Positions 39,121-50,981 of a stretch of DNA of 64,000 nt are shown piece after piece. The notes under the pieces were generated by a model that did not search any database, had not been told where the DNA came from, and was given only the letters and a program-made list of their open reading frames with translations. The position numbers and the translations under genes were made by a program. The stretch comes from Squalus acanthias. Lineage: Eukaryota. The stretch's first letter is position 1; each line of letters starts with the position of its first letter. Location of the stretch: assembly GCA_030390025.1 (NCBI GenBank), contig CM059432.1:74216001-74280000 (forward strand), in the 5' to 3' direction.

Positions 39121-39841
39121 CCCTCTGTTAGACGTGGATCACCTTCTCCCCCCCCCCCCCCTCTGTTAGACGTGGATCACCTTCTCCCCCCCCCCCCCCC
39201 CCCCCCTCTGTTAGACGTGGATCACCTCCCCCCCCCACCCCCCTGTTAGACGTGGATCACCTCTCCCCCCCCCCCCCCCCCCTGTTAGACGTGGATCACC
39301 TTCTCTCCCCCCCCCCCCCGTTAGACGTGGATTACCCCCCCCCCCCCCCCTCTGTTAGATGTGGATCACCTTCTCCCCCCCCCCCCCCCCCCCCCCCCCT
39401 CTGTTAGACGTGGATCACCCCCCCCCCCTCTGTTAGACGTGGATCACCCCCCCCCTCTGTTAGACGTGGATCACCCCCCCCCTCTGTTAGACGTGGATCA
39501 CCCCCCCCCCCCCCCCTCTGTTAGACGTGGATCACCCCCCCCCCCCTCTGTTAGACGTGGATCACCTTCTCCCCCCTCTGTTAGACGTTGATCACCTCCC
39601 CCCCCCCCCTCTGTTAGATGTGGATCACCTTCCCCCCCCCCCCCTCTGTTAGACGTGGATCACTTTCTCCCCCCTCTGTTAGATGTGGATCACCTTCTCC
39701 CCCCTCTGTTAGACGTGGATCACCTTCTCCCCCCCCCCTCTGTTAGACGTGGATCACCTTCTCCCCCCCCCCCCCCCCCTCTGTTAGACGTGGATCACCT
39801 TCTCCCCCCCCCCCCCCCCCCCTCTGTTAGACGTGGATCAC
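39121..39841. repeat. Minisatellite, 21 copies of a TCTGTTAGACGTGGATCACC core separated by variable (TTCT)C-runs (basic unit ~30 bp)
   Basis: Units counted directly from the sequence. Confidence 0.95.
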
Positions 39842-39854
39842 ATACTTGCAACCG

Positions 39855-39935
39855 GATGAATTAGTGAATTCCTTCCTACACACAGAGCAGGTGAACGGCC
39901 TCTCCCCAGTGTCAACTTGCTGGTGTGTCAGTGGT
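39855..39935 (-). pseudogene. C2H2 zinc-finger gene fragment (LTHQQVDTGERPFTCSVCRKEFTNSS)
   Basis: TGERPF linker + CxxC; second His of the preceding finger replaced by Asp; no complete finger. Confidence 0.65.
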
Positions 39936-40864
39936 TGGATACACACACAGACTCCACACACAGACCCTTCATTCAGAAGTAAAGAATTTTTATCATTTCC
40001 AGCAAAAAACAAACCATAAAACTCCAAAGAATGAACTAACCCACTAATTAGAGTCTTAAAGTCTTTTATTTTACCAGCCAAGGACAACTATAATTACAAT
40101 TGCAGAATACTAGGTAACAGAGGATCTTCATAAAGCTAACTATACTTCCACTTTCTGTAGGCTCACTGGCAAGACTGGATCAAATTACAGGGTTGTCTGC
40201 AGCAGACAGGATCAAATTATACATTCCAGACAAACTGTTGGGTGTGTCTTGTCCTCAAAGGGAACCAATCAGAAATCTGGTGTTGCAAATAGACAGCCCA
40301 ATTTTTAAAAAGTTAATTGAATCAGTGCCTTTTATTTCCTGGTTTGCTGTCCGAGAATTCTTCAATGCGATTGGCTGCTTAGACAGCTTGATGACAGCAC
40401 TACTGCTCTGCACTAGGGATACCCTTTTGACAGTGTGACAATCAATTTAACGTCGAGAAACCTAAAGTTTTAGCCACAGAGATCTTGAGATCTTTGTGGG
40501 CAGCTTTATTCGAAGTCAGCGGCGATCACTGTCGCTTCGTCGCTGACTGGAAATTCCAGGCCATCGTTTCTTAGATTTTGTCTTGTTACAAGCGTTCACA
40601 CTATTGAAGAAACAATGAAAATGCCTACATTTGTGAAGTGCAATGTGAAAAGCTGTAAAAATGCTTGACTAATCAGGAGTGACTATTTGCTGTCTGAGCA
40701 GACACCGTTATGAAGTTTCTAAAAATACTCTGGACTAGCTAATATTTTTGAAAGGGCGCAACATTGTTTTTGTTTTTCACTGGGTTGGTTTCCATAAAAT
40801 CGTTTGAAATCCCTCTATTCATAGTGTGGTTGTGTCATATCATCTTGGGTTAAGAAAAATATAT

Positions 40865-40945
40865 GGGCCTGGAATTTGCGGTCAGTGACGAAGTGACACC
40901 GATCGCTGCTGACCTCAAAGAAAGCTGCCCGCAAAGACTTTAGTA
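40865..40945. mobile_element. Isolated MITE terminus, inverted homologue of 40489-40562
   Basis: GGGCCTGGAATTTGCGGTCAGTGACGAAGTGACAC...AAAGCTGCCCGCAAAGA matches the reverse complement of 40489-40562. Confidence 0.65.
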
Positions 40946-41583
40946 CACCACTTCGAGAAGCCTACTCGTGAAATATCTATTGTATTTCATGCTTATCGGA
41001 AGTTTTCGCCATAGTTACTATCTGTATCGTCAGTTATAGTAATTATGCTTCTTCTCCCCCCCCCCCCCTTTCCTGTTGCAAGTAAATTTTATATGCTTCA
41101 TTATGAAATTTAATGGAGACATTAGACTTGATGTTGTAAGGAATTAATTTTCAGATGTGAAAATTTGTTCTGTGTAGTGACATTTAAACAATTAACTCTT
41201 TATTACCTCTCCAGTCATATAATCACTCATCAGTTTTTTTGGATTTGATGTTAGTGGCACTGATTTCTCATAGCTTATGCCTTTTTAAAGAATGCTGAAT
41301 AGTCAAATGCATAACTTCATCTCAAATGTTGCTCATTAGTGAGTTGTAATTTCACACCATTTAAAATATTCTTAACATTCTGTGTTTAGAAGGTTTCACA
41401 CAGTAATTAACGGGGCTGGTTAATAAAGCCTGAGGAATTTCTTTCCTCATGGGGAGTGGTCCTTCTGAATTGTAGCAGTTTAATTAACATGTTAGCAACA
41501 CCCTAACTGTTGAAGCCTAATGGAGATAGCATAATGAGAAGCAAGAGGTCAACTGTGCTTTTTGTTCCCCCAATTTTTTGCAG

Positions 41584-41670
41584 GTTGAAGATGAGCCTTT
41601 TAATCCAGATTATGTAGAAGTAGATCGGATACTTGATGTTTCACATAGCATTGATAAAGATAGCGGAGAG
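41584..41670 (+). CDS. CHD7: CHD7 coding exon (approx. exon 9), start of chromodomain 2: VEDEPFNPDYVEVDRILDVSHSIDKDSGE
   Basis: tttttgcAG acceptor, GTAAGA donor, 87 nt, phase 0-0. FNPDYVEVDR is conserved in CHD6-9. Confidence 0.95.
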
Positions 41671-42445
41671 GTAAGAAACATTTTTTCTCTGTGCTTCCTG
41701 ACCTGCTTATTTTGTAAGAAAACTACAATTAAAGGTACTTTAAAATGTCATATACAATATCACTTTATGCATGTTTCTTTGCCCCCAGTTATTAAATGAT
41801 TTGTATCGGGTGCAATTTATGGAGTTTCATTGAAATGGCAGCTGTAGAATAAGGACGCAGTTTACCCAATAAGTAGGGTGAACCAAATTCTGCATTAATA
41901 ATGAGGTACTAAAGTACAAATGGCAATTGATTTGACTTAAATTTTTAAATAATAATTTTGAGCCATGGCCAATTTTGAATAAGCTCCTCTCTCACCCACC
42001 CCAAAAATTAAGTTTAAATTCATTGCTTCTGTTCTTTTCATAGTTTCCACCTAAGCATCTTTAAAATTCTTAGATGACTAAGATGAGAATAATTCCTATC
42101 TACTATCCTATTCAGAGATTGAATATTGATACTTATTTTGGCATCCTGTACATTGGTTCTTATTTCATCAATTTTAGCCATACTCCATTCTTTCTCAAGA
42201 TTCTGCTGATTACTGGAAGCACTCATGTATTGAAGTATTATTCAAATTCATCCTGTAAATGTGATTGGCAGTCATCAGCATCCCTAGTCTGGGTTTACTA
42301 CTTGAGTTGTGTGAATAGCAGCCTGTTTTCCAATAACAATTCAGTGACCCAAACTGCTACACGAATAAATTGAGACAGTTGTATGTCTCGAGTTGTTGCT
42401 GTATAGAGATCATTCTCTAAATATTACATTGCACGCTGAAATACT

Positions 42446-42852
42446 GGGCCTGAATTTGCGGTTGGAGGCTTCCCGCAGGGTAGTGCGTACGGAATCCCCA
42501 TAAGCATGAATGGGGTTCTCTCAAAAAACACATTTACATACCAAATAAATAAAAAAACAATTAAATATTTAAAATTAATTGAAATACTATTTAATTAAAC
42601 TTTTAAAACAAAAATTTTACTTTTTGAAAAATAAATATAACTGTTTTAAAGGGGCTAAAAATAACCGTAACTTATTTTACAGGTGTTTAATGTTTAAATA
42701 ATTGAAAAAAATTATTTTTATATTCATTTAAACACTCATGCATTTACCAGGCATTAGAATTTCACAGGCATTCACTGGGCAGCAGTTGGGCAAATAGCCC
42801 AACTCTCCACCTGCGGAGGTCCTTTTCCCGTGATCACCGGAAAATACGGGCC
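42446..42852. mobile_element. MITE with 3-bp TSD (ACT), same family as 3496
   Basis: ACT|GGGCCTGAATTTGCGG ... CCGGAAAATACGGGCC|ACT; AT-rich core. Confidence 0.7.
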
Positions 42853-43411
42853 ACTGTATAACTGAAAAAAATCACAATTGTGGTAATTGGAAAACTAACG
42901 TTTAATTTTACCCACCTTGTTCAGTGGATAACTACACCACATGGTTTAACATTAGCTCCATATAAAATAGGAAGATCTTGTGTTTGGTCACTTGTGCTGA
43001 GTTCAGATGATTTCACCTGGACAAGAGTAGGTTTGTTACTTTCGGCTTCAATGCCTTCATTTCTAGGGATAGGAAAAAATTGGACAGGGTTGCTGCTTCT
43101 GATTGCTTACCAATGAGCTTGGTTGGAAGTGCATACATACGCGTCCCAAAAGAAGCAATGATCTGGTGGAGCTGTGATTGACTCGAGATCAAACTTTGGT
43201 ATCCATGATCATGCATGAGGAATCGGCACTCGGACCAGGTGCTCGAGGTTGCTGTGGAGCACAATATGCAGCCTTCAGGATGAGTAGTGGGAGGAATTCA
43301 GGGGAAGGTAAATTCTAAAATTTTATATTACTAAAACAAAAGGGGCATTGGGTATAGATACACAAATAGGTGAAATTAACAAGTAGACTTGTATGCAAAG
43401 AAATGCAAATA

Positions 43412-45260
43412 CAGGAAACTCTTTGGTATCCGGCACCGACGGGACCGGGGTGGTGCCGGTTGAATAAAAATTCCGGATGACGGAGAGGGTTATCTACCGA
43501 GGCTATTTTTAACAAACAAAAATAAAAAAATCAAGAAATGTGAAGTGTACAGTAATTGGGTACTCACCTACAGAATGTTGTGTTAAATGGATGATGGAAG
43601 ATGCTTGATTAAGTACAGTACTGCCAGTTGAGGGTAATCCATAACTCTTTAATTACTTAACAGTAAAACAAAACTTATAAACGACTGTATTGTAGTTGAC
43701 TGTACACTTATTCCAAGTCAGCTGGTTCATCAGGAATATCCATGCCAGCTGGGTCATCAGCATCATGCACTTCCACAGATTCTTCAGGCACTTCCGCTGC
43801 TTCGACTCTTTTGGAAGCTTTCTTAAACATGTCCCGGATGTCTGCTTGCTTAGTGGACTCTTGCCTTTTCTGTAGAAAGGTGGAATGCAGAATATGGAGG
43901 TGCATAACTTCTTGGGCAGAGTAGCAAGGCTGCCTTTCAGCAAATTGGAGGATTGAAGCAAATCCTTCTGCAGCTTTAGCCCAAGAAATCTTCTTCTCTT
44001 CAGAAATCTCATCCTCTTCACTTTCCATCTCACTTTCCTTTTCTTTCTTTGGATTCAAAACATTCTCAATTATTTCATCATCACTTAACATATGCACAAC
44101 ACCAACTTCTCTATCTGCATCAACCCACTGCTCGATATCACTTTCACTGAGGTGACGTAGAGGGTTTGCTGGGCCTACATTTTTCACCATGCCAGCCATT
44201 TCCATTATTGTACTCTTCTTGGGACGAACATTGAACCCATGAAATTCCTCCTCGATCTTTATTACACGATCTTTATTTTTCTTGTAACCTGAAGCATTAG
44301 CCTCACTAGCCCCAGCAAGCGTTGATTCTGGCAAAAACCTCCAAAATAAGCCAGTTTCATCGGCATTATATATCTGTGCTGGTGACAAATCATGTTGCTG
44401 CACAATCCGATTCAAATAATCGCAGTATTCTTCTGCGGCGTCGTGATCAGCTGATTTCTTCTCCTCGGAAATATCGAGTCGTCGTATCCCGTGCCATAAC
44501 TTGAAGCACGTTAGCCATCCCTCGGAGAAAGCACACTTGTCAGTGAGCTCCATCCTTACGTAGAAATCCTTCGCTTCCTCGATTAGCATGGGTCCGGAAA
44601 GTGGAACACCCTCTGAACGCTTAAGAGAAAACCACTCATAAAGCACGGTATCCAGCTCTTCAAGCTTAGGCTTACGAAGCATACACCATTTCTCTACATT
44701 CTTAGATGTCTCCGAGCTTGAATAAAACTTGAGCAGCTTATCCTTCTGCGATTTGATGTCGTAGATTGTTGACGAACCGATTTTGAATTCATTCATAATG
44801 TTGATACGCTTCTCTCCCCTTTCTAGTCATTGGCATATCTCGATTTTCTGTTTTAAAGTTAACACCATTCTCTTCCTTTTGCTTGGACCAACTTTTGGGA
44901 GTTCCATAATGCAAGATGGGGGAGATAATTCACGATAAAGATGGAGAGAGACACAGAAAAATGGTGGCTCGGAAGAGACTACCAGCAGCGCGGGAGACAC
45001 ACAGTAAAATGGCGGATCAGAAGAGACTACCGGCAGCGCGGGAGAATCAGACTCCTGTTATTGCGGTGTTCGGACTTCTGACAGCGCCAGGAAGCCGAGT
45101 AGTGGCACTTTGGAGAACTACCCCCACTGACTAACTCGGCGTTCGCGGGAGACTTGGACTCAGCAACATTGCCGGTTATGGAGTTGTTTTCAGAGTATGA
45201 TTTTTGCCGGTTAATAGAGAATTCCGGATATTTAGGTGCCGTTTAAACAAGAGTTTCCTG
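43412..45260 (-). mobile_element. Tigger/pogo-family DNA transposon, internally deleted
   Basis: TA TSDs at 43410-11 and 45261-62. ~26-bp TIRs CAGGAAACTCTT......CGGCACC. Contains a transposase-derived ORF. Confidence 0.93.
43708..44907 (-). pseudogene. Tigger/Jerky-like transposase: CENP-B-type HTH domains, first catalytic Asp ([12 protein letters not shown]), rest of DDE domain missing
   Basis: ATG at 44907 (MELPKVGPSKRKRMVLTLKQKIEICQ), in-frame TGA at 44829-44827, then a 362-aa open frame with FSEGWL..FK..HGIR and NADETG. Confidence 0.88.
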
Positions 45261-46069
45261 TATAAGATTCCATGAGGGAGGGCATAAATGGCGTGAAGCT
45301 AAAACTTGAGAGAAACTTAAAATCACAAGTACATGCAAATAAAGATTGAAAACCAAGATCAGAAAGGTACATTATAAAGTTGAGAGCAGTTACATTGCAA
45401 CGTGGTTTCTTAACCACACCTGAAAAAGGCACTTCTGCTGAGAAATCTGATTGCAAAACTTAATCTTCAAACAAAAACTCATAACAGAACGGTGTGAAAT
45501 CAATCTCGAAACTTTAATTCATTCACTCATTCAATCCCCGTGGATAGATGACTAAGCTCTCATATCGAAACAGTCGTAAAAGGACAAGACACTAAAAATT
45601 TGTCTGGTACTTTTAAAAAGAAAATGATGGTAAATTAGCTAGCTGGTTTGAAAGCTGGCTTGGTAATGGGGAGCAAAAGATGATAATTGGGAAAGGTTTG
45701 TGGGGTTGGGGGAATAAAGAAAGAGCAATTAGTAGAGTTCCACAGTCATTTATTCTGGAGCCCTTGTTGTTAACACTATGCCAAGCTCTGTGACCAAGTA
45801 AGAAATCCAAAGGGTATAAAACAATCAAAAATATCCAGACCATTTAACTGGATGGGCTAAGAAAGGGCGGATGTAGAAAGGTCTGAGGGAAGACTTGACC
45901 CAATACTTTGAAGTTCGGAGAGCACAGGTATAATCAATCCAATTGACTCAGACTGTGAGTATTGAGCTAGCGGACAGGTTGAAAATGCTCAAGCAAGAGT
46001 AGTAATGGCTTAGTGGATGAAGAAAAATGTTAGATTATCTACCTTCATTGTGGTTTGTCTTCTTTATAG

Positions 46070-46760
46070 AATAATAGAAATTAAAGCACAGAAGAAGGCT
46101 ATTTGATCCATCATGCTAGTACTGGCTCTTAAGTTGGAGCTATCCCCTCTAATCCTATTTCCCTGTTCTTTTCCCTTATCCTTTCATATTATTCCTTTTC
46201 AAATACTTACCCAGTTCTCTCTCAAACGATGTTACAGTCTCTGCATTAATAGCCATTCCATATTCTAATAAGTTGTGTGGGGAAAGGAATTTTCCAACTT
46301 CTCCGTCGTTCTAGTACCAATTCATGAATCTGTACCCCGTCTTACTGATTTGCTAATCATTGGGAACAATCTTTCACTGTTTAACCTCTCAAAATATTTA
46401 ACAATTTGAAAACCATTGTTAGATCCCTATAATCTTTTTCAATGAAAAGCTTCAATTTTTCACACCTTTCTTCATAAATATAACCTCATTCGTGCTTTAA
46501 TGTTAGTGAATCTACGCTGTTTCCTTTCAATGGGACTAATCTCCTTCCTGTAGTGAGGGGCCCAGAACTGCATGTATTATTCCAAATATAGCTAACTAAC
46601 GTCCTGTGCAAATTTAACATCACTCCTTTGCTTTTATATTCAATATTTCTGTCAATCACAGAATCCCATTTGCCTTTCTCATGGCCATTTCGACCTGCAC
46701 TTTTACCTTAAAAGATCGATGTGTCTGCACCCGAGATCTCTCTGTTCTTCCATTCGGTTA
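46070..46760 (-). mobile_element. Degenerate CR1 3' fragment
   Basis: Minus strand GGAATAATACATGCAGTTCTGGGCCCC (LEY..QFW.P) and a CR1-type 3' UTR. Confidence 0.65.
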
Positions 46761-49700
46761 AGAGTCTTCTAGTTTAGGATGTATTTCCTTTTTGCTGTTC
46801 TTCTCCCAAGATGTAAGACTTGAAAAGAGGGTGCCCATGAATTTCCCCTGTTTAGGTAATGGCATATTTATTTCGGTCATGGTTATTTTATAACGAAATT
46901 CAAAGAACATGATGGTTATTCCAACAGTGAGGTTTTTTTTGTTGCCACTTTTTCTCCCTCTGCTCCGCAAGGTATTGACTTTTGCTAGGATATGGATCTC
47001 TGGTTTCTTGCAGCCTTCCAGTGCATCATTCCTTGTGTGTGACCATACATTGTCAGCAGACTATTCTACCATGGAGAGCATTACAGCTGAGCCTGCTTTT
47101 GTCCTTGGCTGATGACTATGCAAGCACACTTTCAAATAGGGGTCATTGGATAGTGATCAGGAATTATATTCCTGGCTGATTTCTCACCTCCCTAACCCAG
47201 AGGCATTAATGCCAGTTGTAGCTGCTCTGACTGAAATCACCTAACTCAACATAAACTGGGAATCAAATCAGGGACCTTCTGGTCTGGATGGTTCATTGCT
47301 ACAGTAAAGGTGGAACCTTTACTCACTAGGCTATGGGGGAAAGATGGGTAAATGTAATACTTTTTCTCATCAACTTCCATTTAGGACAGGAAAATGGCAT
47401 CAATTTGTTTTTAATTCGCATCTACTTGTGAAGATGGTGACACCTGTGGGGTTGAATTCAGTGATTGGAGGCAGCCCTCTGGTACTTGCATAAGTGGTTA
47501 TTTAAATGTGCTTTATTGAGCCAAATGGCCTTTTCTTGTTTTGTGCTTTACGTTGTAATGTGAGAGTCTAGATGATCAGTATCGGCAGTTTATTGGACTA
47601 TTGGAGGATTGATGCGCTTTGTAGCGGAGCTCAGTACAACCCCAACATTCACACAGGTGTGAGTTCCACTGGATAGCAATCAGCCAGTGGAACCTTGAAT
47701 GATTTTATTCTCCTCAAGCCCTTTGGGAATCCTACTGACATCAGCTAACTCACACACTGAGATCAAACCAAGGATCTTCCTGAACTCTATGCCTGTGGTG
47801 CTCTCACCCTCTTGGCAATTTTGAAATTCATCTTGTTGTGTAACACAATAACTTACTCTTCCTTACCTCTTTTTTTCCTCTCACCAAAATGCATACCTGT
47901 TCTTCATCTAAGGTGCATTTAATGTTGAAAGCAGATCCAAAAGAGTGTTGTAAAGCAATATTGTCAACGTTGATTATGCCACTGAAATTGCTCAGTTTCT
48001 TTTTGGAAATCATGCAACATTCAAGCTGAAACACTATTTTAAAACATCAGTTTTGTTCACTGAAAATCATCTTTATATAACCATATATTCTGACCGTGTT
48101 GTATAGTATAACATATTAATTTACAATTTGTGCTAGTTAAAACTGACCAATGCAGGTAGCCTAGCCTGCTGCAATTAATGAGACCTATTTCTTGACAGTT
48201 CATATTTGCTGACATTCAGTCCCAGTATTCAATTTGCCTGCTATAGTGTCATCTCGGACCCATACATTGCAGCTATACAAAGTTGACAATCTGGGTTCAA
48301 ATGCAGCAGCTTTTTACTGAGTAATCTAGGCAGTGGATTTGAGTCATTGGATCTTGACTTTAGGGAAATTTCAATCCACTAGCATTATTCTGTCTCTGAT
48401 AATGGGTATAAAGCTGTGGGTTTTCCAACTTTGCTGTATGGGGACCCGTTGCAATTATAATTAAGTTGTCAGGGACCCCTAAATTTACCTTACCCCCCTC
48501 ATCATAACTGACAAAAGAGTGAGAGTAAGAAAGCCATGCTGTTGTTGCAAAAGTATTTATATCTGTTCATATATTAAACATAATGCATATGACACACACT
48601 CATTGCACACAGCTTCTTGTATCATTTTTATAATGGCAAATCTGGTCAATATGTCACTATCAACATTTCTGAACATGGTTAGTTGAATCGTTGAATAAGC
48701 TTTGTGGAAAAAATTCAACAAATTATGTATTTTGCAATAACATGATTAAATTTAAGCAATGAAATGCTTATTATTTGTAATGCCTACATTAAAGTCTTTA
48801 CTTGAAGGTCTTACCCTCTCCCAAAAGTTTGGGCTTAAAATTTTTGCCCAAAGTGGTAGATCCTGCAGTCTAAGTACGTAGCATGCATAATTTCCCAGGA
48901 TGCAGCAGTAGCGTTTAAGCTAGCCAAAAATAAAATACTTCTCTCGGGCTCTATTGTACTGATTGCACACCTGTTGGTTTTGAATTATAAATACTGTAAA
49001 GAGAGTATATTAAGCTGAGAATGAGACACACAGCATCAAAAAACACACATGGGTTGAATTTTGAAAGCAAGCAAAATCAATAATTACTATCTGAATTTTG
49101 TTGATGGTTAGAAAATGTATACCATCTAATTACTGACACCAATAAGAGCCAAATAGAAAGGTGGATACAAAAAGTAAGAGAAGGAGAAAGGTATAGATAG
49201 AGACAGTTACAGACATACAGAACTGTACTTCCAGAAACAAATCACAAAACACCTAATTTAATGTTTGCAGACATCTCTTGGAAGGTGACAAACCAGTGGT
49301 GTCAGATTTTGGGCACCCTCCCTATGCGCCCGGTCACTGCTGACTGACACCAGGAATGCACCAGTGAGCCAAACCTTGTATTCCACCCCACGCTCCCATA
49401 TTCTATCAAACCTCAATGCCTTTTACACAGTTCTGTTAAATCCCAGGTCACCCCTCAATAATGATCTTAGACCAAGGAATCCTCCCCATGCTGCCAGGTA
49501 CAGCAGCCCCATCATAGTGCTGCCAAACTCCAGTACCCCCCTATCAGTTATGCCAAAGTCCAGGAATATTCTTTATGCTAGCAAAGCACAGGCGCACCCC
49601 CAGTGCTGCTAAACCCCACTTCTTCTGTTCCCCACTGCTGAATACCAGATATCTAATACTTTTTGGATGCAATATTTGCATTTTCTCAGCTTTAAAACTG

Positions 49701-50158
49701 GTGAGGGATAAAAATTAAATACATAGGTAAAGGAATATGGCACTCCTTTATGGTTTTTGCAGAATAATGGGTCATGACAGAATTTGATCCCCAAAGCACT
49801 GAGAATATAATTTAATACAAAGAGAATTTGATTTATTTAGTTACTGTAAATCAGTGGCCCTGATGATGACGTAAACACCCCTGCTGTTCTAAAACAGCAT
49901 CCTCTGACTCACCTGGGCAATGCCATTGGAGATCTGCTAGAAATATAGTACAAGTATTGCGTACAATATGGACTTTCTGTAAGTTCCCTTTTTACTTTCT
50001 GTAACACTTTCCAATCATACCTATTTGTATCATGCCCAACTATCATGCTTTTCAGTCAATTAAACTTGGCTGTTGATTTTACTTAACCACTGAGTCCTCC
50101 AAGATAGGTGGCACCATTTTCTGCAGCATAATAGGTTAGTCAAACGTATTACCAAGTA

Positions 50159-50981
50159 TAGTCCCCACCGTTTATGAAGCCTCCTCACTACTCATGAAAG
50201 TGTCCCTGGAGTAAATTTAACAGCATTGCCTGTGTCTCGTTGATTCAGAGACAGATTCTAGTCTGTCCATCACGGGGCTGATCTGAACTTGATTCCTGAT
50301 CCAAACAGTGTTGGTGTGTTTTGGAGATGACGAGAAAGAATGGGAACCGGGAAGGAAACAAATGGCTGACAGGATTTAAATTCCGTCCTTGTGGTGGTTA
50401 TTCTAGTTCAGAACAGGCAATTGTTAACAATGAGAGAGACTGTGGGCTCAAAACAGGGGCCATCTTTTCCATTCCCTCCAAATTTAGTTTTGCTTTATGA
50501 AGAGGAGGTGTAGGAATTAGCTTTAACAGAAAATTGTGCAGACTTGGTGCAGCTCTGAAAACAAGGTTGGTTTGGGACTATTACTTTTGCTTTGGGAAAA
50601 ACAAAAGTCAGACTCCTTGATCAATGAACCAATTGGAGCAAACGTAGTGTAGCATCGTCTTCTCTAATTTATGTTTTCGAACAGACATAGACAGAATGAA
50701 CCGGGAATATCAGCACACCCCTTTTAAACAGACAATGATCCGGGATTGATAGCACACCCCTTTTAAACAGACACTGAATGATCCATGGAGGGATTTAAAC
50801 ACAAATATGATAACGAGGTGCAAACAACTTAATGAACTGCTCAAACTAGCTGGCGCACTTAACATGTTATAAGCAGTGCCTTTGTAATTGTCTCCTACAG
50901 TACTGGCAAATTGTTGGAACTATTTTCCCGATATAGGCAGCTGCCCGTGATGAGGGTTGATGTTATAAGTGGTGCGGACTG
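50159..50981. mobile_element. Possible Tc1/mariner-type (Tigger-like) non-autonomous element
   Basis: TA|TAGTCCCCACCGTTTATGA ... TTATAAGTGGTGCGGACTG|TA imperfect TIRs. Internal ~38-bp tandem duplication at about 50695-50775. Confidence 0.45.

Larger units (their letters stand above)
38511..40562. mobile_element. ~2.05-kb non-autonomous element with PIF/Harbinger-like termini and 3-bp TSD (ATC)
   Basis: ATC|GGCCCGGATTT ... AAATTCCAGGCC|ATC. Subterminal hairpins at both ends (e.g. 38523-38569). Confidence 0.65.

Noticed and set aside
39121..39841. CRISPR-like array of regularly spaced repeats
   Set aside because: The spacers are poly-C runs, not unique sequences. There are no cas genes and the context is a vertebrate intron.
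48415..49000. hAT-like terminus and transposase remnant
   Set aside because: Only faint resemblance; no matching second TIR or 8-bp TSD found.
49858..49912. C/D-box snoRNA (TGATGA...CTGA)
   Set aside because: Short, no convincing terminal stem or recognisable guide; such motifs arise by chance.
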